Positions 1 through 14,125 of a DNA stretch of 64,000 bases are shown here, piece by piece (within the stretch, counting starts at the first letter, position 1; the number at the start of each line of letters is the position of its first letter). A model generated the notes under the pieces. The model was not told the DNA's origin and searched no databases. It worked only from the letters and a program-made list of their open reading frames with translations. The DNA comes from the human T2T-CHM13v2.0 reference genome, Homo sapiens: the NCBI RefSeq assembly GCF_009914755.1, contig NC_060936.1; one strand, 5' to 3'. The position numbers and the translations under genes were made by a program.

Positions 1-3000
1 CTGCTCTGATCTTGCCTTCTGCTAGCTTTTGAATTTCTTTGCTTTTGCTTCTCTTGTTCTTTTAATTGTGATGTTAGGGTGTGGATTTTAGATCTTTCTC
101 ACTTTCTCCTATGTGCATTTAGTGCTATAAATTTCCATCTAAACACTGCTTTAACTGTGTCCCAGAGATTCTGGTACGTTGAGTCTTTGGTCTCATTGGT
201 TCCAAAGAACTTATTTATTTCTGCCTTAATTTCTTTATTTACCCAGTAGTCATTCAGGAGCAGGTTGTTCAGTTTCCATGTAGTTGTTCAGTTTTGAGTG
301 AGTTTCTCAATCTTGAGTTCTAATTTGATTGTGCTGTGGTCTGAGAGACTGTTTGTTATTATTTCCATTCTTTTGCATTTGTTGAGGAGTGTTTTACTTC
401 CAATTATGTGGCCAATTTTAGACTAAGTGCTATGTGGTGCTGAAAAGAATGCATACTCTGTTGATTGGGGGTGGAAAGTTCCATAGATGTCCATTAGATC
501 CACTTGGTCCAGAGCTGAGTTCAAGTTCTGAATATCCTTGTTAATTTTCTGTCTTGTTGATCTAATATTGACAATGGGGTGTTAAAAACTCCCACTATTA
601 TTGTGTGGGAGTGTAAGTCTGTTTGTAAGTCTCTAAGAACTTGCTGTATGAATCTGGGTGCTCCTGTATTGGGTGCATGTATATTTAGGATAGTTAGCCC
701 TTCTTGTTGCATCGATCCCTTTATCATTATGTAATGACTTTCTTTGTCTTTTTTGATCTTTGTGGGTTTGAAGTCTGTTTTATCAGATACTGGGATTGCA
801 ACTCCTGCTTTTTTTTTGCTTTCCATTTCCTTGGTAAGTAGTCCTACATCCCTTTATTTTGAGCCTATGTGTGTTTTTGCAAGTGAGATGGGTCTCCTGA
901 ATATAGCTTATGAATGGGTCTTGACTCTATGCAATTTGCCAGTCTGTGTCTTTTAATTGGGGCATTTAGCTCATTTACATTTAAGGTAATATTGTTATGT
1001 GTGAATTTGATCCTGTCACTATGATGCTAGTGGTGCAGTTTCTTCATCATGTCAATGGTCTTTACATTTTGGTATGTTTTTGCAGTGGCTGGTACAAGTT
1101 TTTCTTTTCCATATTTAGTGCTTCCTTCAGGAGCTCTTGTAAGGCAGGCCTAGTGGTGACAAAATCCTTCAGCCTTTGGTTGTCTGTAACGGATTTTATT
1201 TCTCCTTTGCTTATGAAGCTTAGTTTGGCTGGATATAAAATTCTGGGTTGAAAATTCTTTTCTTTAAGAATGTTGAATATTGGCCCTCACTCTCTTCTGG
1301 CTTGTAGGATTTCTGCTGAGAGATCTGCTGTTAGTCTGAATGGGCTTCCGTTTGTGGGTAACCCAACCTGTTACTCTGGCAGCCCTTAACATTTTTCTCC
1401 TTCATTTCAACCTTTGTGAATCTGATGATTATGCATCTTGGGGTTGCTGTTCTTGAGGAGTATCTTTGTGGTGTTCTCTGTATTTCCTGAATTTGAATTT
1501 TGGCCTGTCTTGCTAGGTTGGGGAAATTCTCCTGGATAATATCCTGAAGTGTGTTTTCCAACTTGGTTCCATTCTCCCCAACACTTTCAGGTACACCAAT
1601 CAAATGTAGGTTTGGTCTTTTCACACAGTCCCATATTTCTTGGAGGCTTTGTTTGTTCTTTTTCATTCTTTTTTCTCTAATCTTGTCTTCATGCTTTATT
1701 TCATTAAGTTGATCTTCAATCTCTGATATCCTTTGTTGCCTTTGATCGGTTCAGCTACTGATACTTGTGTATGCTTCACAAAGTTCTCGTGTTGTGTTTT
1801 TCAGCTCCATCAGGCCATTTATGTTCTTCTCTAAGCTGGTTATTCTAGTTAGCAGTTCCTGTAACCTTTTATCAATGTTCTTAGCTTCCTTGCATTGGGT
1901 TAGAACCTGCTTTTTTAGCTTGGAGGAGTTTGTTATTACCCACCTTCTGAAGCCTACTTATTTCAATTTGTCAAACTCATTCTCCATTCACTGTTGTTCC
2001 CTTGCTGGCAAGGAGTTGTGATCCTTTGGAGGAGAAGAGGCATTCTGGTTTTTGGAATCTTCAGCCTTTTTGCACTGGTTTTTCTTCATCTTCATGGATT
2101 TATTTACCTTTGTTCGTTGATGTTGGTGACCTTCAGATGGGGTTTTTGTGTGGGTATACTTTTTGTTGATGTTGATGCTATTGCTTTCTGTTTGTTAGTT
2201 TTCCCTCTAATAGTCAGGCCCCTCTTCTGCAGGTCTGCTGGAGTTTGCTGGAAGTCCACTCCAGACCCTGTTTGCCTGGGTATCACCAGCAGAGGCTGCA
2301 GAATAGCAAAGATTGCTGCCTGCTTCTTCCTCTGGAAGTTTTGTCCCAGAGGGGCACCTGCCAGATGCCAGCTAGAGCTCTCCTGTATGAGGTGTCTGTA
2401 GACCCCTGCTGGGTGCTGTCTCCCAGTCAGCATACAGGGGTCAAGGACCCACTTGAGGAGGCAGTCTGTCCTTTAGCGGAGCTTGAGCCCTGAACTGGGA
2501 GATCTGCTGCTCTCTTCAGAGCTGGCAGGCAGGAACATTTAAGCTTACTGAAGCTGTGCCCACAGCAGCCCCTTCTCCCAGGTGCTCTGTCCCAGGGAGA
2601 TGGGAGTTTTATCTATACGCCCCTGACTGGGGCTGCTGCCTTTATTTCAGAGATGCCCTGCCCAGAGAGGAGGAATCCAGAGAAGCAGTCTGGCTACAGT
2701 GGCTTTGCCATGCTGCAGTGAGTTCACCCAGTTTGAACTTCCTGGCGGCTTTGTTTACAATGTAGGGGGAAAACTGCCTACTCAAGCCTCAGTAATGGCA
2801 GATGCCCCTCCCCCCACCAACCTCAAGCATCCCAGGTGGATTTCAGACTGCTGTGCTGGCAGCAAGAATTTCAAGCCAGTGGATCTTAGCTTGTTGGGCT
2901 CCATGGGGGTGGGATCCACTGAGCAAGACCACTTGGCTCGCTGGCTTCAGCCCCCTTTCCAGGGGAGTGAACATTTCTGTCTTGCTGGCATTCCAGGTGC

Positions 3001-3450
3001 CACTGGAGTACCAAAAAAAAAAAAAAAATTCCTGCAGCTAGCTCAGTGTCTGCCCCAATGGCCACCCAGTTTTGTGCTTGAAACCCGTGACCCTGGTGGT
3101 GTGGGCACCTGAGGGAGTCTCTAGTCTGTGGGTTGTGAAGACCATGGGAAAATGTAATGTTTGGGGAGTGCACCATCCCTCATGGCACAGTCCCTCACGG
3201 TACAGTCCCTCCCGGCTTCCCTTGGCTAGAGGAGGGAGTTCCCCAACCTCTTGCACTTCCTGGTGAGGCAATGCCCCACCCTGCTTCAGCTCACCCTCCA
3301 TGGGCTGCACCCACTGTCTAACCAGTCCCAATGAGATGAACCAGGTACCTCAACTGGAAATGCAGAAATCACCCACCTTCTGCCTTGACCTTGCTGGGAG
3401 CTGCCGACTGGAGCTGTTCCTATTCGGCCATCATGCCAGCCCCCCCCCCC
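1..3450 (-). mobile_element. LINE-1 (older L1PA, roughly L1PA7/8-like): 5' UTR, ORF1 and start of ORF2; continues off the left edge
   Basis: Reverse complement of the right end reads GGGG...CTGGCATGATGGCCGAATAGGAACAGCTCC, an L1 5' end. ORF1-like peptide (QSLQEIWDCVKRPNL...) at about 1062-2089. ORF2 endonuclease peptide (KKAGVAIPVSDKTDFKPTKIKKDKE). The ORF2 ATG is mutated to GTG at 1017-1019 and there are frameshifts. Confidence 0.95.
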
Positions 3451-3559
3451 ACAAGTTTTTATTTTATAACTAGGTTATTTGATTTATTTTCCTTTCCCCT
3501 TGCCTTGTGTCTCTTGAGGCAGCCTCTGAGGAACTTTGCCTTAATTTCCTTTTTTTAAG

Positions 3560-3700
3560 TTTCATTAAATTTAATTTTAAGTTACAGGATACATGTGCAG
3601 GATGGGCAGGTTTGTTACATACATAATTGTATGGCATGGTGGTTTGCTGCACCTGTTAACCCATCACCTAGGTATTAAGCTCCACATGCAGTAGCTATTT
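3560..3700 (-). mobile_element. L1PA 3' end fragment
   Basis: gatacatgtgcagga...ggtttgctgcacctgttaacccatcacctaggtattaagc is the antisense L1 3' UTR. Confidence 0.85.
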
Positions 3701-4148
3701 CTTTGCATTTTTCTCAGATCCCAACTCTAGGAGTTGTAATATCACTTTATTTAGGGAGAAGTTCTTGAAATTTTAGCCTAATTTAAAAGTAATTAGTGGC
3801 AGCTATGCTAAATGCACAGGCAGTTGAAGAAGGTAAAGGACACACATCCCTAAAGTGATCTGCAAGCAGTTAAATTAATTTCCATGGTCTAATTCTCTTC
3901 GCATTTGTTGATCCTTAGATGTGCACTCCTTCAGGGCTCCCATATGACTATTTGCGCTTCCTCCAAATGTTTTAACTTTTTTTCTTTTCTAATTTCTTTG
4001 TACAAAAGATCTTATCTGCTTTAGCTTTTCAGGTTAATCAATCTACTGCCACTTGTTCTCTGCCTTTAGGAATTCTTCATCATTTCTGGCTTGCTGATGG
4101 AATACTTTCTTATCCATTATTCTCAATTGCAAAATCTGGGGTCCGATA

Positions 4149-4600
4149 TATTAGGGTTCTTCAGAACCTATAGAACCAATAGGATATATATATAGGTGTA
4201 TGGAAAGAGGTTTATTATGAGAATTTGACTCATACAATTGTGGGGGCTGGGAAGTCCTACAATCTGCTATCTGCAAGCTGGAGGCCCAGGAAAGATGGCA
4301 TAGTTCCAGTTCAAACCCAAGGGATGAGAACCAGGGAAACCAATGGTGTAAGACCCTGTTTGAGTTTGAAGGCCTGAGAACCACAGGGGTAGCTTAAGCA
4401 GAAAGCAAGTTCACCCCTCCTTTACCTCTTTGTTCTATTCGGTCCCTCAATTAATTAGATGATTCCCTGCCACATTGGTGAGGCTGTTCTTTATTCAGCC
4501 TATCTATTCAAATGCCAGTCTCTCGCAGACACACCCACAAGTATGTTTTATCCCCTACGTGGGCATCCTTTAACCCAGTCAAGTCAACACATAAAATTAA
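4149..4600 (-). mobile_element. MLT2-family (ERVL) solo LTR
   Basis: tattagggttcttcagaa...agaaccaatagga...ctgcaagctggag...ccagtcaagtcaacacataaaattaa. Confidence 0.8.
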
Positions 4601-4669
4601 TCCTCTTGCCTGCTTTGGAATAAAATATATCACTTAGTTTTATGGCACACCCTTATTCAAAATGGGTTC

Positions 4670-5140
4670 CCATTTTATAACAAAGTCTAAAGTTATTACA
4701 ATAGCCTAGAAGTCTCTCTTCAGTCTCGCTTCTACCCACCCCAGTGCCTGCCTCCCTTCACTTTTCCGCTCTCTCACTCCTTTCTGTCACATTGGCCCTC
4801 TTGCTGTTTCTCACATTTGACAAATATTTTCCCATCTCCTAGACCCTTGCAGTTACCCATCCCTCTCTTAGGAATACACCTTCCCCAGGCATTCTTACAG
4901 ATTGGTCCCTTAATCCATCCAAGTCTCTGTTACAGGTTACCTCCTCAAAGGGGTCTGCTGAGACCACTCTATCAGAGGTAGATTCTCTCTATCTCCTCCA
5001 TTCTGTTTTATCATTCCTGATAGCTCTTACTTCCTGACAGTATGCTATACACTTATCTGCCTAACATGTTCACTCTACATCCAGCACATGGAATAGTACT
5101 TGGGTTTAGAAGGAAGGTGGTAAATACCTGTTGAGTTCAC
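4670..5140. mobile_element. L2 fragment
   Basis: Degenerate L2 3'-region motifs (cacattggccctcttgctgtttctc, ggaatacaccttccc). Confidence 0.55.
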
Positions 5141-5974
5141 AAATAAAACAATAATGTCCATTACAAAATCTGAAAAATGAATTTTAAATATTTAAGTTCA
5201 ATTTTGTCATTTATTTAAGACTAAACAACAGAAAAAGTCAACAATAAAATTATTACTGCAAGCATAGTTTATTTCTTTACTCAAATAATTAGTACAGCAG
5301 TAGCTAATATATTTAATAATCTAAAAATCTGAAAATATATATGGCTAAATGATGGTTAAATAGATTATCATCATTTCTAAAAGCCTCTGTGAGGATGTAC
5401 AGTTTAATCATTAAACACAAGGAGGTGAAAAGACCATTACGTTCCTCCCTTCTGTATAGTTTATTTTCTGTTCCATTTATTATTTATACAGCGTTTATCA
5501 CCATAGCATCTATGCTTCATTAGCAAAAAGCAAGCAGAGAAGGCAGGAATTGAAAAATTATGCTGTCTGACCTACTCATCTGAAAGCATTCTACCCAAGA
5601 GAAAGAACTTCAAACTAGAATAACTAACATTCTTGGTGACCACAGACAGTCACTGTACTTGTCTGGGCCTCATGTGTGAAATAACAAATTTTAAAATGGG
5701 TGACAATTAAGGTATTTAGCTCTAACCATCTGCAATTCAGTAGCTCTCAATATAACTAGTTTTAAACAGATTTCTGCACTTCATATATTAATTTTCCCTT
5801 ATTGTAATTACTGATTAAAAAATACATTATAAAATAAATGATAAACATAAATACAGCATAAATATAAAACATACGTAAGGAAACAGTACAATTTCCATTA
5901 ATGTTCTCAGCCACAGCTATCTAACATGTAAGATAAACATGTAGAAAGGCCTATAACGTAACAGTTAACGTCAT

Positions 5975-6190
5975 GGAAACTAGAGCCACGCTGGCTAGGT
6001 TAAAATCGAATTCAGCTATTCTCTAGATAAATAAGTTTAGGCAAGTCATTTAACTTCTTTGTGCATCCATTTTCTTAGCTGCATATGAGAATACTTTATG
6101 AGATTCCTATGAGAATTGATTTGAGTGAAGCCCTGAGAACATTGGCCGACAACACAAAAACACTATTTAAGTGCTTCTACTATTATTATC
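5975..6190 (+). mobile_element. MIR
   Basis: Core ggcaagtcattaacttctttgtgc...ttttct, ending in tattattat. Confidence 0.65.
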
Positions 6191-6264
6191 TAATTCAAAG
6201 GGTTAATATAATTAAATGAGGAAGCACATTTAATATAATACAATATCTAGCAGCAGAAATATAT

Positions 6265-6425
6265 CAATTCAACAATACTTATTGGGGGCGTTCTTTGTGC
6301 CAGACAATGGGCCAGACATTAAGGATGCAAGAGTGAATTAAACAAAGTCCCTGCCTCCTAGTGCTTGCACTCTATTAGAGACAGAACGTGTACAAATAAA
6401 CAATAGAAGATACTGTTTCAGGTGG
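6265..6425. mobile_element. L2 3' end
   Basis: attcaacaatacttattg...tgtgccagac...aaacaaagtccctgcct. Confidence 0.65.
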
Positions 6426-7936
6426 TGAAAATTAAAAACGAAAATAACAAGTTTGGAAGAGAGAATATCAGTTTTCCTATTTTGTTAATCAAGGAAGTCT
6501 TGTCTGGCAAGAAACATTTTTTTCCCCAAGTTACGTGATAAAGTAAACAGAACTTTACAAATGTAGAATGTCAATGCTAGCATCAAAATTTTAAGTTAAA
6601 ATTTATTATGTTTTGAAGGAATACTAGCATTTGGCATATTATTATTATTATTCTGATAAAAATTAGAATGATGACAAATGCCTCCTTTTGAAATTCACTG
6701 ATGCATTTGGAAAACATGCTGTCATTTTAGCCACTTCTATATTATTTTCAGTAAAAAACATTAATATAGTTTATCCCATGAAGAGCATTTTTAAACATTA
6801 CCAATGTCATGTGAGTCTTCAGTGTTCATAATAATAATCATAACTTAAAAATGCATATTTTTAAAATTTATACAAATACATGAGTAGCTTTGGGCATTGA
6901 TTAGGAAATTGAGCAATACAGAGATGTCCAAAATCATACCAGCACTTAAACCTAGGTCCTTGATACTAAATTCAGGATTCTTCTCACTACTCTCAACAGC
7001 TCAAATAATACTTAACTGGCTTGACTCTGCAGCTTTTTAATTCTTAAATACATATTACTAGCTTTTGTGCCATTTATTTGTATTCCTGATATCAGACTGC
7101 ACAAGATAATTTCATTTGCAGCTTTAGTGGACTTTCATGGTCTTTGCCTTCACATAAGAAAAGTGTAGAATTCATTATTTTCATACTCAGCATCTCATTT
7201 ATAATTCAACAGTTTTTTTTCTATTGTCAAGTTTCTCAATCCATGGTAAACGGTTTACTCAATATATCAGTTAAAGGAAGAGAAAATATTTTAAACTTTA
7301 ATGAGTAGTTTATCAGTGTAACATGAAACATAGTAGTTCTTGAACAATATGCTCTACTAAAGCATTGTAAGCTACTCATGCTATGGTACAGACTGTGAAG
7401 CATAAAGAATTGCAAATGTGAACAGGCAAAATGAATACCGACGCTACATGAATACACTGGTTTTTATAGTGGGCCAACAAATGGAGTAGCTAACGGTGAT
7501 CAGGCTCCTCTTATGGGTTAGCTGTGTATCAGTGAAAAGAGATTCATGCTTAGAAGAACTGAGCAAGAGTAATAAATAATTATTTGAAATTCTTATTCAA
7601 GTGTTTTGCCCGTTAAACCACTGAAACACTTTAAAATAACATTACATGTTTTCAATTGATGAGGCTAACTGTATAGAAAGGCATTATTTTAGAAATATTT
7701 AAAAATACAGTCCCATTAAATCATTTTTCTTTAAAAAAGAGTAATACATGATAGTTTGTCAATTTATTATCTTTTTAAGTTTTTTGTAGTGTGATTTTCT
7801 CAGTTAAAAAGAAAACCCTGATGCCTTACTCTTCGAAATACGATAAATATACAAATCCTAATACACACAACAATGTTGCACCTTATACTTTCCCCAAAAG
7901 TGCTTAAATGTTATCTCATTTGAGGTTCACAATTAC

Positions 7937-8099
7937 ATGTAAAACAGTGAGAAGAGCGCCTAGCACAAAGCTAGCAGTTAATCACGCTATTTGTTATTTT
8001 CCAGCAGCATGTCAAGCTCTATATATTGAACTATACTTCTTACCCACTCACCCAAATCTCCAGTCACTTTCTGCCATTTTCTCACTTGACTGGGAATCA
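7937..8099 (+). repeat. Donor copy of a 163-bp inverted duplication (partner 10683-10845)
   Basis: Reverse-complement alignment by eye gives 157/163 identical, with no indels. Confidence 0.95.
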
Positions 8100-9779
8100 C
8101 CTAGACACTCTACTCTGAAACCTGGGAGACATCAGTGACTCCACCTGCTCCGTCATCCTCTGCCTTACCTCTCTACTTAACCACTATCATCTCCTCTACA
8201 TTCTCATCATGTATGCATTGGTACAGGTGTTCATAATTTTTTGCCAAAACCATTGCAATTACTTCTCTCTTAATCTAGAAGAGACCCCATCTCTGACCCC
8301 CGTATAATTCAATTGCTATGCAGCTGGGAGAAGAAATCCAGTCATGTTGGTTGCTTAATTGGCCTTAAAACTCCCCACTAATTTTGGGATAAGACCCAAA
8401 CATTCTCAGCCTCAGCCTCATCTTTGATACTTCTGATCAACCCAATCACATCCTCCTACTGTTCACTCCCTTTATAGCAAATTACACGTAATTCTCAGAA
8501 TGCACTATGTCATCTTAAGCCTCCCTGCCATTGCACAGCCACCTCATCTGGGAAGATCACTCCCCACTCTTTCTTTGCCTGGATAACTTCTGTTTATCTT
8601 TCAAATCTTGGGCTAGGCATCTATTCCTCTGTGATGATTACACTTGTGACCTCATCTGGGTAACTGCCCTTGAGGCAGTGAACATATTGCCCTGGGTTGT
8701 TTCCATCATGGCCTTCGTTCATTGGTATCATGATTCATTTATTAAATATCTGTTGAATGTTGAAGGAGAAAACTAAACAGATAATTACTAAAAGTGTTAC
8801 ATCAAAAGTAGGCCTTTTTAATGCTGATTCAAAGACCTCTTGCCCTGCGCAACTTCCTCACAATGCTTTTTTTACCCCCAAAAGGGCTCCATTTCAAAAG
8901 TTTACTTTTCTCTCTTCTTTCCAGACTAGCAAAATGTTTTATGAAGTCACCCCCTAACTCTGGGCAGGATGGGCCAAGCTCTATATATAAAGGGAGATAA
9001 ATCAATGGGTTTTGGACTTCTCTACCTTGCATACTGTGTATCTGGCTTATGGCTCTAAACTTGTGAGGCTTCCTCTCTGCTTTGTCTCATTTATAGTGTC
9101 CATGTACACCTATGCATCATTATTTCTTATTCAGGCCCAAACTAGTGACTGGGGCTTCTTTTTTCCCTTGCTTCTTTCTTTACTGGTTCCTTCTTTTCTT
9201 CTTCCCATCTTTCAACAGATATTAACGGAGTATATACTGTGTACCATAGAATCTATTAGTTGCTGTAGTAGCGTGGTGAACAAGACAGATATGGTTGTGA
9301 TTTTAATAGAACTTTAAGAATTTGCCAAGGGATAACTATCAAATAAAAAATTACACCGTTAATTATTTAATTATAATGTTGTTAAAAGGGAAAAAAGGAA
9401 CAAGTAATTTTGTTAATAAGTTTCGCAGGAATTTAGAGCAATGGACAGTGCTTGGATAAGACGTGGCTTGCAGTCAATTCTCTAGGAGTGCTGCGCTCGT
9501 TGGGATTGTCCTAGTTTAAAGAGAAATTTTCTAATCTGTGTTTCGCCAAACACACTTTACCTCAGTTTGAGTAGTGCTGGGAAGAAAGCAAATTGATTAA
9601 ACTTATTGATATTCAGGTATGGAAGTCCTAACAACTTATCCCCAACACATATGCACATACACAGGAAGAAATGCAAAAATGGCTTCAAAAATCTTCAGTT
9701 TTCATATATTCATGTTCTTTTTTCTCTATTGAGGTATAACTGACAAATAATATTGTATATAGCCTTCCCTAGGAATACA

Positions 9780-9946
9780 TGTGACCTCTAGAAGCAAGTA
9801 AATGAATTCTCCCCTAACAACTTGACTTTACCTAATGCAAACAATTTTGAACTTCTGACTTCCACAGCTGTACAATAATATATATGTGTTGCTTTGTGCC
9901 ACTAAGTTTCTGGTAATTTGTTAAAGTAATAGGAAACTAATATACA
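9780..9946 (+). mobile_element. MLT1 LTR 3' fragment
   Basis: gaacttctgacttccacagctgt...gccactaagtttctggtaatttgtta...aataggaaactaatataca. Confidence 0.75.
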
Positions 9947-10269
9947 CAGATTGACCTCAGTTGTTTTGTTCTATTTCAAGCTAAGCAAATTTCAAAAATT
10001 AAAAAGGAAAAATATAATTAAATATACAAACGTGTATTGCATTCACTTTTTTAAAAAATTGAATTAACTTTGGTCTTCATCATATGAGCTATTTAGAAAT
10101 TTTTCTGCTTTAGCTTCCTGATTAGTCCTAGATGAACATATCATGCCTTCTTCCTTGACTGTCTTCCAACTCAGCATCATTACAACTGACAAGAACTGGG
10201 TATTCTTGCTAAGGATTCCAAATTTTAAATTAGGCATTCTGAAGTGGAAGGTTGGGACAGTGAAACAAA

Positions 10270-11132
10270 ATATAAAATATAATATATTAAAAATATATTA
10301 CGTTATATATATTATGTAATATATATCACTATATATTATACTATATATACTATACATGCAGTATATATGCTATATATACTATACATGCAGCATATATGCT
10401 ATATATACTATACATGCAGTATATATGCTATATATACTATATATGATATACCACATATACTATGTTATATACATGTTATTATACAATATAGTATAACATA
10501 TATTAAACTACACAATATATAATGTAATATATAATTAATATACTTATATATTTATATATAAGTAATATATTACACTATATAATTATATATTGTACTATAA
10601 TTATATATTATATATTATACTATAATTATATATTATATATTTATATAAATTTTATATATATGATATGTATATGATTTATATATGATTCCCAATCAAGTGA
10701 GAAAATGGCAGAAAGTGACTGGAGGTTTGAGTGAGTGGGTAAGAAGTATAGTTCAATATATAGAGCTTGACGTGCTGCTGGAAAATAACAAATAGTGTGA
10801 TTAACTGCTAGCTTTGTGCTAGGCACTCTTCTCACTGTTTTACATAAATACGTATATATAAATATTATATATTTATATATAGTACATTATATACTATAAT
10901 ATATAATTATATATTATATATAATTATATAGTGTAATATATATTATACTATGATATATAGTATAATATATACAGTATACCCACACATGATATAGTACATA
11001 TATAATATATTCTAGTATATTATATATTATATACAATAATATATAAAATTGTTTATATATAAATTTATATGTGCATATATTCACATGCTATATATGTTAT
11101 ATATATATAAAATGTATATCACCATATATATA
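10270..11132. repeat. TA-rich low-complexity tract containing a 29-bp minisatellite (ctatatatactatacatgcagtatatatg, about 3.5 copies, 10341-10441)
   Basis: Read directly. Confidence 0.95.
10683..10845 (-). repeat. Inserted inverted copy of 7937-8099
   Basis: A complex-sequence island flanked on both sides by TA-rich repeat. The ORF track shows the same pseudo-peptide on opposite strands. Confidence 0.95.
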
Positions 11133-11419
11133 GTGATAACCTTGAATAATGAATAGAAATAATTCACCATGCTAATATTATTGAGTATAATATTTTCTAA
11201 ACACCAATTAGAGTACAAAACTAAAACATCTTTCTGCTTTCAAAGTCCTGTGTCTTAATTTTGCCTTTGTCTTTGATTTTGCCTCTCTCTACTAATTTAA
11301 TGCTTATTATATGCTAGGCACAACATGTTCGAAGGAGATAATATCTAGAAATGACTATTTGTACTATAAAATGGATCGATACAGAGTTTCCTGAAACAGA
11401 AATATCCCCTAGTGGATTT

Positions 11420-11722
<303 letters not shown>

Positions 11723-12998
11723 TAGTAGATTTCTAAACGTTTCAATTTTATAAATGTGTATAAATGATTTACATACATAGCTTCTCTTGAATACAGTTGC
11801 ACAAAGTAAGAAGCACTGGTGTATATATAGTGTCTGTAATTGGGCATGGTTCCATGTATCAACTATAGTATAGTATAGTAAAACATGCCGTTAAAAAGTA
11901 AGTTTGTTGTGGAAGGCTTAAATTGCTGTGTCGAGATACCAAATGCTTACTTGTATACATTGTTTCATGCTGATGAAAGACATTAAAAGTGATGTTTCCA
12001 GACATTAACAAAAGAGTTGGTGATGGAGGAGGAGCGATAGAAAGAAGCTTTAATCAGTTAGTAAAATGAGTTTCAGTTTTATTTAATTCTGTCTAACTAA
12101 AAGAAAATTAGATAGGTAAACATCTTTAAAAGATGCCGCGTAAGTCCCCAACGTATTATAACAAAAATTTAAAGATGAACATAAAATATCCACTTGATTA
12201 AAAAAAAGTAGTATACCATAGCTTCAGAAGACACATTGATGTTTAAGAAGGTGTAGATGTGTGTTTGTAAAATTTTAATCTTTTCTCTAGTTATTTAATA
12301 TTCCCTATGCATACGGCACACTTCCTTGGCCTTTGGTAATACCCACAGACAAACAGCACAACTGCTGCAGGATTCCAACAGCAGGGACTTGTCAGTGCTG
12401 GATGAAGATTGCATGGCCCATGCCAGCTCAAACGTGGACATTTCCTCTTTCTGTTTTCCTGTTTCCAAAGGCTAGCCAATCGGGAGTAAAAACTCTCAAA
12501 CCTGGCACATTTGATTTAGAATCTCAATACAAATGATTATGCTTTCATTCCAATGCCTCTGCAGGTGACAGAAAGTAAGCTGCCTTCTCTCCAGGAGAGG
12601 ACTGCAGTCAATATGTTCACAAGTGCTTTTCTTTTATAAAGAAAAGTATTTATCAATGTAGGGCACTGTTTAGAAAAACTGATAGTCAGCTATTCTTAAA
12701 TCGGTGCTTATTAAGTTTCAAACCATGGTCAGGGAGTAAAGAGGTATGTGGACACTGCCTATGACTCCTTTTGTGTATTCCATATTGAGTAAATCTAATG
12801 AAATTAGAGATTTTTTCCACTTTCACCTTATCTCTCAAATATGACCTATGTGTAAATCTTTACATTTTCTGATTTTAAAAAACTAAATGCCAATTTCAAG
12901 GGGATATTCTCTAAGTTATCAATGATTGTTTTCTGTGTATACATTTCATACTTATTAATATTTTCATAAGTATTTGTGAAATAGCAGAGAATTGATTG

Positions 12999-13616
12999 TG
13001 TATTAATTTTCTATTGCTGCATAACATAGTACCACAAACTTAGCAGCTTAAAACAATATTCTTATATTAGCTTATAGTTCTGTAAGTCTGGCATACAGCA
13101 CAGTGGGACTGGACTTTCTGTTCAGGGTATCACAAGGCTATCATTATGTGTTAATTGGCCTGAATACTCATCTAAAAACTCTGGGAGAAAGTCCTCTTCC
13201 AAGTTTATTTGGGTTGTTGGTAGAATCCAACTCCTTGCAGTTGCATAAGTGAGGTCCTCATTTTTTTTTTTTTTTCTGGCTAGTGGCTGGAGATCATTTT
13301 TAACAACTAAAGGACATGCTCAGATCTTTTTCCCATGGCCTTGTCCATCTTCAAACCAGCAATGGCATGTCAAATCCTTTTTATATTTCAAATCTCTGAC
13401 TTCCCTTTTGCTTCTAACTAGAGAAAAACCTCTGCTCTTAGAGGGCTCATGTGACTAAGCTAAATCCATCTGGATAATCTTCCTATGATAAGATTGACTG
13501 ATGAGTGACCTTAATTACCTCTGCAAAATCCTGATTGCCATGTAACATAACAGAATCATGGGAATAACATTGGGGTTGGAAATCATGAGAGCCATCTTAG
13601 AATTCTGCCTGCCACA
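12999..13616 (-). mobile_element. MLT1 (E-like) MaLR LTR
   Basis: tgtattaattttctattgctgcataaca...accacaaacttagcagcttaaaacaa...gccatcttagaattctgcctgccaca. Confidence 0.85.
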
Positions 13617-14125
13617 CTGGGTACCACAACCTTCCTAGTTATTACCACCTGTTAATAGTTTTGAACTATTTTACAAGTCTATAAGCTCTGGAAAACTGAT
13701 AATAATGCAGGTGATTCTTATCCATAGAAATGCAAGTGAAATATGTCTGGTAGAATGCAGTTTATTCTTACTCTCTGCATATACCATTTTTGTATTTATT
13801 TGTAAACTAATTTCAGCATTCTTTACTGGCTCTGTAAATATGGTTGTTTAATTCCTCCTTTGAATTAATTTTAACATCTTACTGTTTCCCGCACTAAATT
13901 ATGAATTCAAATGATGTGTTTTCATTATATATTTGTATAAATTATGATTTTCTATTTTAAAAATATTGCCTTTTAACAATATTTATTATATGTTAATCAC
14001 TCTAGTAGTTTATTAGCACACAAAGATACAACCTTAGATAAGGTCTTATGAAGGTTGTTCTTTTGAAAATTGAAAATTTCCTAGAAATAAAGGATATAAT
14101 TGAGCAGAAAAGATGTTACTGTTTC

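Noticed and set aside
1-3450. Potentially active full-length L1
   Set aside because: ORF1 is frameshifted, the ORF2 ATG is mutated, there are stops, and the YY1 motif is altered.
10341-10441. 29-bp repeats resembling a CRISPR-like array
   Set aside because: Head-to-tail AT-rich minisatellite with no spacers, in mammalian DNA.
7908-10835. Two near-identical peptides on opposite strands
   Set aside because: By-product of the non-coding inverted duplication. The similarity stops exactly at the DNA repeat boundaries.
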